Assembly (NCBI RefSeq): GCF_004010195.1
Contig: NC_057718.1
Span: 63,470,012 to 63,512,882, forward strand
Origin: Chiloscyllium plagiosum
Lineage: Eukaryota
Direction of reading: 5' to 3'
Length of the DNA stretch: 42,871 nucleotides
Shown here: piece after piece, positions 24,719-37,599 of the stretch
How the letters are laid out: each line of letters begins with the position of its first letter
How positions within the stretch are numbered: the stretch's first letter is position 1
Notes under the pieces: generated by a model
Told to the model about the DNA's origin: nothing
What the model saw: the letters and a program-made list of their open reading frames with translations, nothing else
Databases searched by the model: none
Position numbers and translations under genes: made by a program

Positions 24719-26716
24719 TCCTGGCCCTACACTTATCCTGGTACATCTGGATAATAAGGATATCTATGTCAGGCTTCTACTTATTGACTATAGCACAGCT
24801 TTTAACACTGTAATTCCAATCAAACTAATCTCTAAACTTTGAGACCTAGGTCTCTGCTGTCATTGCAACTGGATCCTTGACTTCCTGAAGCACAGATCAC
24901 AATCAGTGAAGATAGACAACAGCACCTCCTCCACGAAATCCTCATCACCAGCTCCCCACAAGGATGCGTACACAGCCCCCTACTGTACTCCATGTACACT
25001 CATGACTATGTGGCCAAATTTCATTCAAATTTCAATCTACAATTTTGCCAATGACACCACCATTGTAGGTTGGATGGTGAGACAGAATACAAGAAAGAGA
25101 TAGAGTGCTTGGTGACGTGATGCAAATATAACAATCTCTCCCTCTATGTCAGCAAAACTAAAGTGCTGATCATCGACTTCAGGAAACAAGGAGGAGAAAA
25201 TGCCCCTCTCTACATCAATGGAGCTGAAATGGAGACAGTCGAGAATGTCACGTTCCTAGGAGTGATGATCACCAACAATCTGTCCTGGCTGACCCGTGTT
25301 GATGTGATGCTCAAGAAGACACAACATTGCCTCTTCTTCCTCAGGAAGCTAAGGAAATTCGGCATATCCATAAAGGGTCTCACCACGGAAAACACTCTAT
25401 CTGGATAACATCACGGCTTAGTACAGCAACTGCTCTGCCCAGTACCGAAAGAAACTATAGAAAGCTCAGACCATCACGCAAGCCAACATTCCATCCATTA
25501 ACTCTATGTCCACTGCTTGATGCCTCGAAAAGGCAGCCAACATCAAAGACCCCTCCCATCCCAGTTACACACTCATCTAACCTCTTCTGGCAGGCAGAAG
25601 ATACAAAAGCTGAAACACAGGTTCCAACAGGTTCAAGAACAGCTTTTTCTCGGTGTTATTAACTTCTGAATGGACCTCTTAAATTTCAAATCTAATGTTG
25701 ATCTTGCTTTTTGTGCAAGCTGTAACTTTGTATTTCTCACTCTGTTCAATCACTCTATTATCTTTGTATGTTATGATCTGACTGTACTGTCTTTTCACTG
25801 TCTTTAGGTACACGTGACAACAATAAATCAAATCAAATCTTGACTGTTCCATACACCAATAATCACAAGTTGAATTAGAGAGAAAAACACTATCATGTGT
25901 TTTATTGTCCATCTACAGCATAGTGGAGATAGTGAGGACTGTAGATGCTGGCAAGTCAGAGTGGATAAAGAGTGGAACTGGAAAGAACACAGCAGGGCAA
26001 GCTGCAATAGAGAAGATGGGGAGTCAACATTTCAAGTCAGAGCCTCTTATCAGGACTGGGGGAGGGGAAGGGGGCTAATAAATAAATAAATTTTGCACAC
26101 ATCCACAGGTCAAACACTTTTTTCTGATGCCTCTGCGCCTACTTCTTTGAATGTGAATTCCACCCACCCTCCGAAGACCCCTTCTCCTGCCTCCAATAAA
26201 CTCAATCCTCCTGGACACCCTTTCCTGGCTTCCCACCCTCCCTTGACCTCTTCATCTCTCCCTGCCTTCATGATATCAACCGCCTGAATCTCTCCACCCC
26301 TCTCACCTACTCTAACCTCTCCCCATCCGAACACTCAACTTTTCGCTCCAACACCAGCCTCACCACCAAACCAGCTGACAGGGGAGGAATGGTGGTAGTT
26401 TGGCGCACCGATCTATAGCTCACCAAAGCCACACACCAACTTGTTGACACCTCCTCCTACTGCAACCCTGGATCACGATCTGAACACCAAACAATCATTG
26501 CCAAAACCATCCACAATCTCATCACCTTGGGAGATCTCCCATCCACAGCCTCCAACCTTATAGTTACCCAACTCCGCACCGCCCATTTCTATCTTCTCCC
26601 TAAAATTCATAAACCTGACTGTCTCGGTCAACTGATCTTCTCTGCTTGCTCCTGCCCAACAAAATCATCTCCTCTTATTTCAACTCCGTCCTGCCCTCTT
26701 TGGTCCAGGAACTTAT

Positions 26717-27044
26717 GGGCGGCACGGTAGCACAGTGGTTAGCACTGCTGCTTCACAGCGCCAGAGACCCGGGTTCAATTCCCGCCTCAGGCGACTCTCT
26801 GTGTGGAGTTTGCACATTCTCCCCGTGTCTGCGTGGGTTTCCTCCGGGTGCTCCGGTTTCCTCCCACAATCCAAAAATGTGCAGGGGTTAGGTGAATTGG
26901 CCATGCTAAATTGCCCATAGTGTTAGGTGAAGGGGTAAATGTAGGAGAATGGGTCTGGGTGGGTTACGCTTCGGCGGGTCGGTGTGGACTTGTTGGGCCG
27001 AAGGGCCTGTTTCCACACTGTAAGTAATCTAATCTAAAAAAAAA
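26717..27044 (+). mobile_element. HE1 SINE, full length, nested in the Penelope-like element
   Basis: A and B boxes, a TAATC tail and a short A run are present; aact occurs on both sides. Confidence 0.93.
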
Positions 27045-28687
27045 CTCCCCACCCAAGTTCGGGACATCACCCACATCCTCCACCTTCTCCACGTCTTTCA
27101 GTTCCCTAGCCCCTCCAACACTTCTGCTTCACCAAGGACATCTAGTCTCTCTACAACTGTATCCTTCACAAGGAGGGCCTCAAGACCATCTGTTTCTTCT
27201 CCCACTGACCCAATCAGTCCCACTTTGCTGACATGCTGATCCGCTTGGGAGAACTGGTCCTCACCCTTAACTTTTCTTTTCAAACCTCCCACTTCCTACA
27301 AACTAGAGGGGTGCCCATGGGTACCTGGATGGGTCCGAGCTATGCCTGCCTCTACGTAGGAACAGTTCCTCTTCTGTGGCTTTACTGGCACCATTCCCCA
27401 CCTTCTCCTCCGTTACACCAATGACTGTATTGGTGCTGCCTCATGTTCTCAAGAGGAACTTGAACAGTTCATCCACTTCACGCACAACTTCCACCCTGAT
27501 CTCAAGCTCAACTGGACATCTGACTCCTCCCTCCCCTTTCTGGACGTCTCTGTCTCTACCTCCAGTAACCGACTCAGCACTAACATCTATTACAAACCCA
27601 CTGACTCCCACAGCTATCTTGACAACCTCCTCCCATCCCCCACCCCAACCATGCAAAAATGCGACCCCACACTCACAATTCCTCCACCTCCACTGGTGCT
27701 CCCAGAAAGAATGATTCCACTCCAGCTTATCCCAGATGTACTCCTACTTCAAGGACCACAAGTTTACCTTCCCCGTGATCAACAACGCCCTCAACCACAT
27801 ATCCTCCATTTCCCACACCTCTGTCCTCAAATAAGGTGCCCCCAATCACAACAAGGACAGAGTCCTCCTGGTCCTCATATTCTACCTCACTAATCTCCAA
27901 GCCCAATGCATCATCCTCTGCCACCTGCATTCTGACCCTACCACCAAAATAATATTTCCCTTCGCACCCCATCTGCTTTTCGCAGGGACCATTCCCTTCA
28001 CAACTCCCTTGTTATGTCCACACTCCACACTAACCCCTCTTCCACACCTGGAACCTTCCCCTACAGCCGCAGGAGATGCAAAACCTACCCCCAAACCTCC
28101 CCTCTCACCTCCGTCCAAGGCCCAAAACACAGTCATTCCCAAGTCTGAAAGAGAATCACTTACATTTTCACCAACCTGATTTATTCCATCTGTTCCTCCT
28201 GGCGTGGTCTCTACATCAGAGACTGAGTGCAAATTTGGGAACTGGCTCAGGGAACATCTATGGTCCTATGCTCCAAACAACCACACCTTCCTGTTGCCAG
28301 CCATTTCAATTCCCCCTCTCACTCCCCTGCTGATGTGTCCACCCTGGGCCTCCTCCACCGTCAAAATAAGGACACATGCAAACTGGAGGAAGAACACCTT
28401 ATTTTCCGCTTTGGGAGCTTACAACCATATGACCTTAACACATAATTCACCATCTTCTAAATCTCCCCACCGCCCCCTACCTCATCCCAGACCCAGCCCT
28501 CCATCTTCACCCTGCCATCCGAACCTGACCCAACCAGTCCACCTTCCTTCCCACCTATCCACTCCACCCTTCCCATGACCAATCAATGCCACCTCCTACC
28601 TGCATCCACCTATTGCCATCCCAGTCACCTTTTCCCCAGCCCCACTGCCCCCCCCTCATTTATTTCTCAGTCCCCTTCCCCTCTCCC

Positions 28688-28723
28688 AGTCCTGATGAAA
28701 GGCTCCAGCCTGAAACATTGACT
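28688..28723 (+). ncRNA. Minimal hammerhead motif, one probable CpG-decay lesion
   Basis: Reads AGUC CUGAUGA A AGGC ucca GCCU GAAA CA UU GACU. Stems I and II pair fully; ACAU replaces palindromic ACGU. Confidence 0.65.
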
Positions 28724-28959
28724 ACTCTTCTCCTCTGATGCTGCTTGACCTATTGTTCTTTTTCTACAATATAGAAGAAATACCAATTTCTACCTTTTCG
28801 TCTCCAGAAGCAATCCTCACTGGGGAAGAATTCAACTCTTCTTTTGTAAGTAAACTCACCATGAAATTAATTATCCACCTTATTAACCAGTTACAAATCA
28901 CAAAGGGTAATGTAAAGAACTCAGTCCTTTATGTTTGAAAACCTACCATTCAAACACAC

Positions 28960-29125
28960 AATTAAACAGAAGTCCACAAGTTGCATTCAGCCCATCAAGT
29001 CTGCTCCATCATTCAATGAGATCTTGGCTGATCTGATAATCCTCAAATCCACTTTCTTGCCTTTTCTGAATAACTCTTGATTCCCTTACTGGTTGAAAAT
29101 GTCTGTTGCAGCCTTGGATATATTT
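28960..29125 (-). mobile_element. CR1 LINE 3' end fragment
   Basis: cccatcaagtctgctccatcattcaatgagatcttggctgatctgataatcctc is the same family as 39010-39660. Confidence 0.7.
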
Positions 29126-31813
29126 ACAGACCCCGCCTATAAAGCCTATGCCCTTTTTTCTCCCTACCTCTAAATTGCCCATGTTTCCAATTAATAACTA
29201 ATTTACATGCAGACCCTTTAAGGGGTAGTGCAATGACATGAAAGGTGAGAGAAAGGTAGGAAGAGAGGGACAGGATTAAATCGAAATGGGAGTCAGATGG
29301 GGAGGATACGGCATTCCATCCCTGTAAGTGCCACCTCTCTCTAAGGACATTGAGAATATTAGTGGACACCACATGTTGCCTCTCCAAAGACATCTGTACT
29401 CAATTGTAGCTGCGGAAGAGGGTCAGGCAGTCGAGAACTATGACCCCTCTCTACAGTCCACTGCCTGAACCTGTTAATGTTCAGGAGCTGACCCATGAAG
29501 AGGTGCTCCGAGTTGCTCAGCCCCTCAGATTTCAGTCCTTTTTCTCTCTTCTTAGAACTCAGTCCTTAAATACAAAGTTCATGAGCATCAACTGCTCCCA
29601 GTCAACTGGAGCTAATCTGTGTGAATGGACCTGCAGGTCCAACTCTGCCAACTCCTACACAGTGACCCCTATGTACTCATGTTCTCACATCCCCACTCAA
29701 CTCTTCATTCACTCAAACCCTCCATTCCTACTCAGCTGCCCATTTACTTATGAGCTCTCTCCTATTCTGATTCCTACATATTCACTCATGTCTTCGCATC
29801 ATCACTCAGCTTTTCATTTACTCAAGCCTTCCATTCCTACTCAGCTTCCTTTACTCTCATTTGTGCCATTCTAATTCCACTCAACTTGCACTCACTCACA
29901 TGGCCTCTAATGCCCTCACTTACTTATCCCCTCTTCATTCCCTACTTTCTTCTCTACCTTGGATTCTCCATTACATATGGGTGCGGAGAATTAGACTAAA
30001 GAGCCGTAGCTGTAAGGGATTAAAGCTCAAACTCTGGGTGTCAGCCACACCTTGCTCTTCCCTCACCTTGAATTGTCACCCACTGCTGGCCCCACTCCCC
30101 CCTGCTATCAACACTACGGTGTTACTCAGTCACCACCACCAGCCAGCTTCCCGTTCTCCACCCCATATCCACTTATCTCAATCTAATCAGCATTGACTCC
30201 AGTGACAAAGGCAGCTTAAGGTGGATCAAAGTGCTATGCAGGCCATATATTGGAGCAGCAGCTTTGTGAAGAGTAGTCTTTGCTGTTTCCAAATGCAGCA
30301 AGTCAGCAGAATTAACAGAAAGGAACTGAGTTTCAGCTCCCTAGGCCAAGCAGAGAGTAATTTGAGAATTTTATGTGCCTCTAAACTTGAGATTATTCTG
30401 AAGGACTTTTTTGAGCTACATAATACCAGCATATTTTGTTGAATATAGGCCAATAATTAACAATGTAAGGTGTTTAATTCATTGTGAACACAAAAATAAT
30501 ATTTTATTACAATGTTAAAATGAATTAATTTGAGTGAGGGAAACCTTGATAAAATCTTAAAACTATAGACAAAGCCCATCAATATTGTAAACATAGATGA
30601 GACAAAGTCATTCCAGGATCAATGGTTGACAATTCTGTTTGGATTTGAGGAAACCAGTGACAGAGTTAGAAATGTAGGTCTCTTTAAGGCTTGAACAGTT
30701 CCAAAGTTGATTGAGAGATATGTTTAAGAGCTGAGTTGGCCCTGCTCCTTGATGTTCTGCATTGCCCTTAATGGACTATGCATGTAATCAATTGGTAAAT
30801 ACAAGTGATTTAATGATGGTGATTAATAGGTAAAAAAATACCATGGGTGATAGGAAAGGAACCACAATTGTATAAGAGCACTTCTGGATGTAAAAAAAAG
30901 CCTCATGGTAGGAAAAAAAACAAACACTCAGATGGTGTGTAAAAGCATCTCTAGATAGAAAAAAATTCAACTGAGTTGGGTTTAGTTTGTGGTACAATAA
31001 TAGTGTTCGACTCCTCAGCTATAAGGTCTGAGTTCAAGACTCACCTTTGAATTGGTTGATTTAATAAAGGCTGTGTTCTTGCCCATGTTGGGCATTACTG
31101 GTTATATTATTATTTGTTTAATTAGCTATTTGATGATTTGGTGGACAGTCTTTTAATTTAAGAAAATGAGCTGGGTTTACTGCTCCTGGTAAGCAATGCT
31201 TGCAATTTGTTAAAATATTCAAGTGGGTGATTTGGTGGCGTGGCTTCCGAAATTTTGATTTTTACAAAGAGCTGAGTTCTGAGGGGCTCATAAATATAAA
31301 AACCAAGTCCATGCCCTTATGAAGTGTTGTCGTTATTTATTTAATTAGTATTTCAGTGATTTGCTGGTGGGGTTTCTCAAAAAAGAGAGCTGTTTTGACT
31401 ACCCTTAATGGGGAGTCTGTGTTAATTGTTATTTGTTAGTTAATTAGGTGATTTGGTGGTGGGTTTGCAAAATGAAAGAGATGGTTTCTTCCCCAGGAGG
31501 ACTTTTGTGGCCTTTGACAGGGAAGGGGGTCAAGAAGATAAAATTAAAAACTGTCACTTTTGATAAACTATAGATGTACGGTAAAACCTCTTGCTGCTTA
31601 ATTCAATATGTGGAGATCAGTGTATGAAACAAACAGTCCTATAGATTGAAACTTCTGGCAAAGAATAAGTTAATTAAAGATTAATCTATTTGCTATCTGG
31701 GATGACATGCATATATATTTTTAATATCACATACAAATGATTTATTCCAAAGAGATTATCTTGTCAGCGCTGTTTAATAATAATTCTGAAAATCACATCC
31801 AAGGTAATCCTAC

Positions 31814-31969
31814 CTGCAAAATAGAAACAGTCTGCGAAAAGTGATGCTGCTCCATGGTGGAGGTGGAATATAAGGCAGCCAGTGGGTGGTCAAACTTGTG
31901 CAGGTAGCTGTTTGTGTAACCTCTGTGATCTAGGTCATGGCACAAGCAAGCCACAAGAAGACCTTCCCG
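31814..31969 (-). CDS. PDE10A: PDE10A-family phosphodiesterase, internal exon (HD metal-binding motif), 156 nt
   Basis: Minus strand reads ...tttttttacgaaaAG|CGGGAAGGT...TTGCAG|GTagga. It translates to [52 protein letters not shown] (52 codons, phase 0/0), with the class I PDE signature HDLDHRG, and closely matches PDE10A as recalled. Confidence 0.96.
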
Positions 31970-33049
31970 CTTTTCGTAAAAAAATGAAACAAAAAAATTG
32001 GTTACAATTCCACCCTTAATAATAATATCCCTATCGATGTGTTCTGAAAATCTACTTTTGGAACAGAGCAATTTAAAAGCAGCTAACAGTATTTTGAAAA
32101 TAAATTGAATAGCAATCATTAATCATAAAACAAGTTTCATATTAGCCATCACAATCATGATGGAGCTGTTTGACAACTGGTTGGTTTTTGCACGTGCATA
32201 AATATTTTTCAAGACATGTATTGGTATTTTAAATATGTTTTCTTGAGCAGTTGGTGAACTGAATGAGTTCAACAGAGCTACGCAACTTTAACATAGCACA
32301 CTGGTACACTCAGCACATCTGTTACTGTCAGATTGAGCAAGCTCTTCACACTTCAAAACAAAAAAACCCAAAATGTTTTGGAAGCACACAGCACAAATTA
32401 CAATATATGAAAAGGAAACTGCATTAATGCATCTATTAACAAGTGCAACTAGAAAATTCTAACTAAAGTCAACACATTTTTTTCAGATATTGAAGCACCT
32501 GCTATGTAATTTCAGTATCTGTGTCTTCTGATTTTCAATATTTGTAGTGCTCTTTCCACATTCTGAATTTACCTTCAGCATTTGCCATTAAGAAAACTCA
32601 GGTTGAAATTCAAAATTACATCAAGTTAAATTATGATTCTTCATACCATCTGCAATGAAAACCATCATCCAAATTCTATATAATTTGCTTTTCTTTTTCT
32701 ATTTTCCATGTACACAGTCAGTTTCAATCAGAATCACTTTCATTTAATGTGCCATTTCAAAGCTATATAGCCTGGAAGTGCTGATTTGTAAGACCACAGT
32801 GAACTTTAGAAAAAAGCTTATGGTGCAGTAGTATGTTTACCCCATGTTCTGCTACTAGAAAGATTCAGCTTGTCTGAATTTTTCTACTCACTGCGAGTGT
32901 GAAATATAGAATTGTGCTAACAAATGACAAAGCCATCCCAGCAACACCTGTACCTTTTAACAACAGTTGTATTATTCTCTTTAGTTAAAACAGAGTAGTT
33001 TTCTCAAAATGGCAAAAAAACATTTTCAATCAATATATGTAGACACGTT

Positions 33050-34320
33050 ATGGCACATTTCCAAGGCAGGTGGGACAGGAAATGTGAGGTTGTGCATTTT
33101 AATAGGAAGAATAGAAACATTGAACATGAGTTAAAAGGAAAAAGCTACAGAGTAGAGAGATCTGGGAGTTCTTGCCATGAATCACAAAAACTAGAAATTA
33201 GTTCAGTAGATAAGGCAAATTAAATATTGATCTTTATTTCAAAGAGGATGAAGCATGCAAATGGGACATCTTAAGACAATAGTCAGATCATGATTGAATA
33301 CTTTCTGCCAAAGTGGTCAAGCCTATATTTTCCCACATTATACTCCATCTACCAAATTTTTATCCATCTGCTGAACCAAGCTATATCCATTTGCAGGCTC
33401 TTTGCTTTCCTACCTGCCTTGTGTCATTTGCAAATTTAGCTACCATAAATGTGGCTCCTTCACCAAGTCATTAATATAAATGCGAAGTTACAGTTTGACA
33501 CCCAAAAATGATTCGTTGCTTCTGGTAAACTAACTAATCCATTTTCAAAATCATGGGCTCTCACTCTATTCAGTAGCCTTTGATGTTTCACCTTATCAGA
33601 TGCCTGTTGGAAACCTAAATACATTACATCTACTAGTTCCCCTTATTTACCCTGCTTTTTATTTTCACTAAGAACTCCAGTAAATTAGTCAAACACAATT
33701 TCTTTGTCACAAAGGGCCTGTACTGTGCTGTAATGTTCTGTGTTCTATCTGATTGTATTAAGGTTTTCTAAATGCCTTGTTTGCCTATTCAATAATGGAC
33801 TCCAGCATTTTCCTAATTAGATTAGATTACTTACAGTGTGGAAACAGGCCCTTCGGCCCAACAAGTCCACACCGACCCGCCGAAGCGTATACCACCCAGA
33901 CCCATACCCCTACATTTACCCCTTCACCTAACACTACAGGCAATTTAGCAAGGCCAATTCACCTAACCTGCACATGTTTGGACTGTGGGAAGAAACCGGA
34001 GCACCCGGAGGAAACCCGCGCAGACACGGGGAGAATGTGCAAACTCCACACAGACAGTCGCCTGAGGCGGGAATTGAACCCGGGTCTCTGGCATTGTGAG
34101 GCAGCAGTGCTAACTACTGTGCCACCATGCCGCCTAATTATTGAGCTTAGGCTAAATCGCTTACAGTTTCTAGATTTCTGTCTCTGCCTATTTTTGAATA
34201 GGGATGCTAAATTGTGACTTTCAAATCAATTGGGACAATTTCAAAATCCAGGGAATTTGGAAGATCATAACCAATGCATCTACTATCCTATAGCCATGTA
34301 AGACTGCACATTGCAGGCCA
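33050..34320. mobile_element. Decayed CR1 fragments in both orientations
   Basis: A plus-strand KCEVVH-like segment lies at ~33080. Minus-strand KFANDT (33426-33440) and YLGFQQASDKVKH (33585-33625) segments follow. Confidence 0.6.
33817..34134 (-). mobile_element. HE1 SINE, full length
   Basis: Reverse complement of HE1. cctaatta is duplicated at 33812-33819 and 34133-34140. Confidence 0.93.
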
Positions 34321-35394
34321 ACATGTTCTTTGAAGGGTCGGTGTGGTCTTGATGGGCCAAATGGCCTGTTTCCATACTGTAGGAATGCTATGATTTTATG
34401 AAACGAGACAGAATAAGAATGAATCATAGAACAATTTTGGAAGAAGACGACTTCCATCCTTGTGCACCAAAACAGATTTCTTAACAGTCATACGTGGGGG
34501 GAGGGGGTTAGGTGGGTGAGGTATACTGCAGGAAAGACATTCTATCACTCAAATTATCAGGTGAGATCCTGCTTAATCAGCTCTTTATCTGCAGAACTTA
34601 TTCAACTGTCCAGGATTCATTTCAGTTTAAACTATAGAAATCAAACTCAATGCCACTCAATCCCAGCTGATGGTAATACTGGATAAGTTGGATTCTGGAA
34701 TGAAATCTTGCTTTGATTGATCGTAAGTTTTATTTTCGTGATTGGTTATTGTGGTATTTGGTTACTGAGGCTATTCACACAAGGCTGCCAGTGTTCTTCT
34801 AATACAATATAAGATGACTGTACAAAGTAATTTTAAAAATCTATTTATATCAAAATATCTTAACACACACTGTAACATTATAGACTCAATCTTTTTGCCA
34901 GGAATATCCTTTACAGGTAAGTAATTACAATGATACATCCAACACTTTAATTTCTTACTTAACTGACCTTTTCCAATTTTCCTTCTTGGACTGTTGAAAC
35001 ATTTTTAAGATACTTCTGCACAGACTCTCACAGCTCAAAGACTTCACAAATTAAAACATTTCGGCCAGAGTGAAATCATTCTCCTGAATGGAATTTTGAT
35101 TCACCTGATGAAACTATTCTTCCAGCATGAAACTGATACCTAATTCTTCTGCACTCAACTCAAACTAAACCACCAGTGGCTGCTGATCATTCTTTTCTGC
35201 ATGCCATAAACTCAGCAGTGATATGACATCATCCATTAACACTGCAGATATCTGGCTAGGCACTTATCAAATCACAAGCTTTCTGCCAATAGTATATCTT
35301 TTCTTCCCTTGTACAGTACCTTCCCACTTACATCTGCAGTTCCTCCGATGCTTTATGTCAGTTTCAGAATTTCCAGTTTGCAGGCTCCAGCCAC

Positions 35395-36965
35395 CTCCTC
35401 TTTACCGTGGACATGCAATCCCTTTTTAGGTCCATTCCCCCATCAGGATGATCTCAGGGCTCTCTGCTTTTTCCTGAAACAAAGGCCTGAACCGTCCCCA
35501 TCAACCACCAGCCTCCTCCAACATTCCTTGCTCCAGTCCAATGCTGGCCTCCACCCCCAGTTCTTTCTCTGGTATATTGATGATATCATTGTGCTGCTTC
35601 TCTCTCTCATCCAGGATTGGAAAAGTTTATCAATTTTGCCTCCAATTTCCACCTGTTCTCAACTTCACTGACTTCTTCATTCCCTTCCTTGACATCTCTT
35701 TCCACTTCTGGGGATAAGCTGGCCTCCAATATCCACTGCAAACCCACCATCTCTCAGTCCTCTTGACTAGACATCCTCACACCCATTTCGTAAAGATTCT
35801 CTTCCATTCTCCCAATTCTTTGGTCTCTGTTGCATCTGTTCCAATGATGCCAAATTCAACCAGGGAGCCTCCAAAATGTCCACCATCTTCTTCAAATGAG
35901 GTTTTCCAGCTTTTGACTGACAGGGCCCTTAGCGGGGTCTGATTCATCTCTTGCTTTTCAGCCTTTACCCCTTCTCTAACCTTCCACAAGAGCGATAGAG
36001 TCCCTCTTGTCTTCATTTACCATTTCACCAATATCTACATCCAGAGGATCTATAACCACCACCTCCAGCAAGATGCCAAACACACATTCTCCTCCCCTCC
36101 TTTGTCAGTCTTCCACAAGGATCATTCTGTCAGGATACCCTGATCCACTTTTCCTTCACTCACAATATCCCCCCACTCCCATATTGCCCCACGGCACCTT
36201 CCCCTGTAACTGCAGAAGGTGTAACACCTGTCCGTTTACTTCCTCCCTCCTCAGTATCCAAGGGCCCAAATACACTTTCCAGGTGAAGCAGCCCTTAACC
36301 TGCATTTGACTCAATCTAGTCCACTGCATTCACTGCTCACAATGCGGCTTCCTCTACACTGGGGAAACAAAGCATTGACTGAGTGACCACTTTGTAGAAC
36401 ACCTACGTTCTATCTGCAAAAAAAGACCCTGAGCTTCCAGTTGCCTGCCACTTCAATACAACACCCTGTTTCCTGGGCAATATCTCTGTCTCGGGCTTGC
36501 TGCAGTGCTCCAGCGAAGCTTAGCACAAGCTGGAAGGACAACATCTCATTTTCTGCTTGGGAACCTGACTGTCTTGTAGACTCAATATTGAGTTCAACAA
36601 CTTTAAGCCTTGACCTTCTCCCATGTCCTTACCCCACCCCCACACTCCAGAGGCCTTGCGATTACATTGTCTGCTATTACACACAACGCACTGTTAGCCA
36701 CTGACAGTCCTCTATTAATGGATTTTCATTCTCCTATGCTGACTGTTACCTACTCCTTTGTCTGTCCAACTGTCCATCTCTCTCTTTGGGCTCGATCCCC
36801 ACCTATCGTTCACTCCTCAACCCTTCCATATCTTCCACATAAAAACCAACACTTTCAAAGCTACCATCAGTTCAGAGGAAGGGTCACTGGACCTAAAACA
36901 TTAACTCTGATTTCTCTCTGCCGATGCTGCCAGACTTGCTGTGCTTTTTTCAGCAATTTCTGTTT
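35395..36965 (+). mobile_element. Penelope-like element, degenerate and internally deleted
   Basis: Encodes FFLWYIDDII, HGTFPCNCRRCNTCPF and LYTGETK. The terminal repeat has a decayed hammerhead at ~36869-36907. Confidence 0.85.
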
Positions 36966-37599
36966 TGGGTATTTAGCTGTTCTGAGGTATTTAGCTCACT
37001 TTTCCAAATGTCTTTCTGACATCTTAAAAATAGTGACCTTCACAGATCTGAAGCTAAAACCCATCTGCCTTTTGTTTTAAAAGTCTAAATTCCCAAATGA
37101 TAATTATGTATTATATACCTTTATCACATCACTTCACAACAAAAAAATTGAAAATGCATCTGAAGAAATGTTGAATTAAAATTTTTATTTTAACCCCTCT
37201 GCAAAATGAATTGTATCACTAACCAGCGTCAGCAACTGCATTGCTCCAGTGTGTCTCAATAGAATAAGACGCTTGTCATTTGGAAAGAAAATATTCAGAA
37301 TCTCCAGTTGTCTGATAGTTTTAACCAATAATTGGAGAAGCATTTTCTTGACTGGCCTGAATTATCTCTGCTTTCCTCGTGGGCTCTAAGGTAACACCCT
37401 CCACTTCTGCTGCAATTTTAATATCCATTTACTTTCCTCTTGCATCCTTTCCCGGTGATTTCTTAATTATTCCCACTACTACTACAATCAGTTTTCCACT
37501 TAACTTCCAACAACTGGTTGTAGTATTTCCTGTCTTTTTAGGATCAAAATGTATCATTATTTAATGTCACTTTAGGTCCTGGTCTTTCTCCATTTTAAA

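Larger units (their letters stand above)
22845..25838 (+). mobile_element. Rex1/Babar LINE, degenerate ORF and 3' tail, carrying two nested insertions
   Basis: Encodes [55 protein letters not shown] and FLGVMITNNLSW, with a (aaatc)n tail. Confidence 0.9.
25930..28765 (+). mobile_element. Penelope-like element, degenerate RT and GIY-YIG, with inverted terminal repeats
   Basis: Encodes FYLLPKIHKPDC, FLQTRGVPMGTWMGPSYACL, LRYTND (from YIDD) and ASHFNSPSHS..KLEEEHLIFRFGSLQP. 25930-26085 is an inverted copy of the terminal repeat at 28655-28765. Confidence 0.9.

Noticed and set aside
29440..30196. 144-aa and 111-aa ORFs in a C/T-rich region
   Set aside because: Low-complexity S/L/P/H-rich translations of a pyrimidine-rich degenerate repeat, with no domain evidence.
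31970..32119. N-terminal part of the 108-aa ORF 31793..32119
   Set aside because: Intronic read-through. PDE similarity starts exactly at the AG acceptor (31971-31970) and ends at the GT donor (31813).
35103..35125. cctgatgaaac, resembling a hammerhead core
   Set aside because: No stem II or separate GAAA-UH arrangement follows; chance match.
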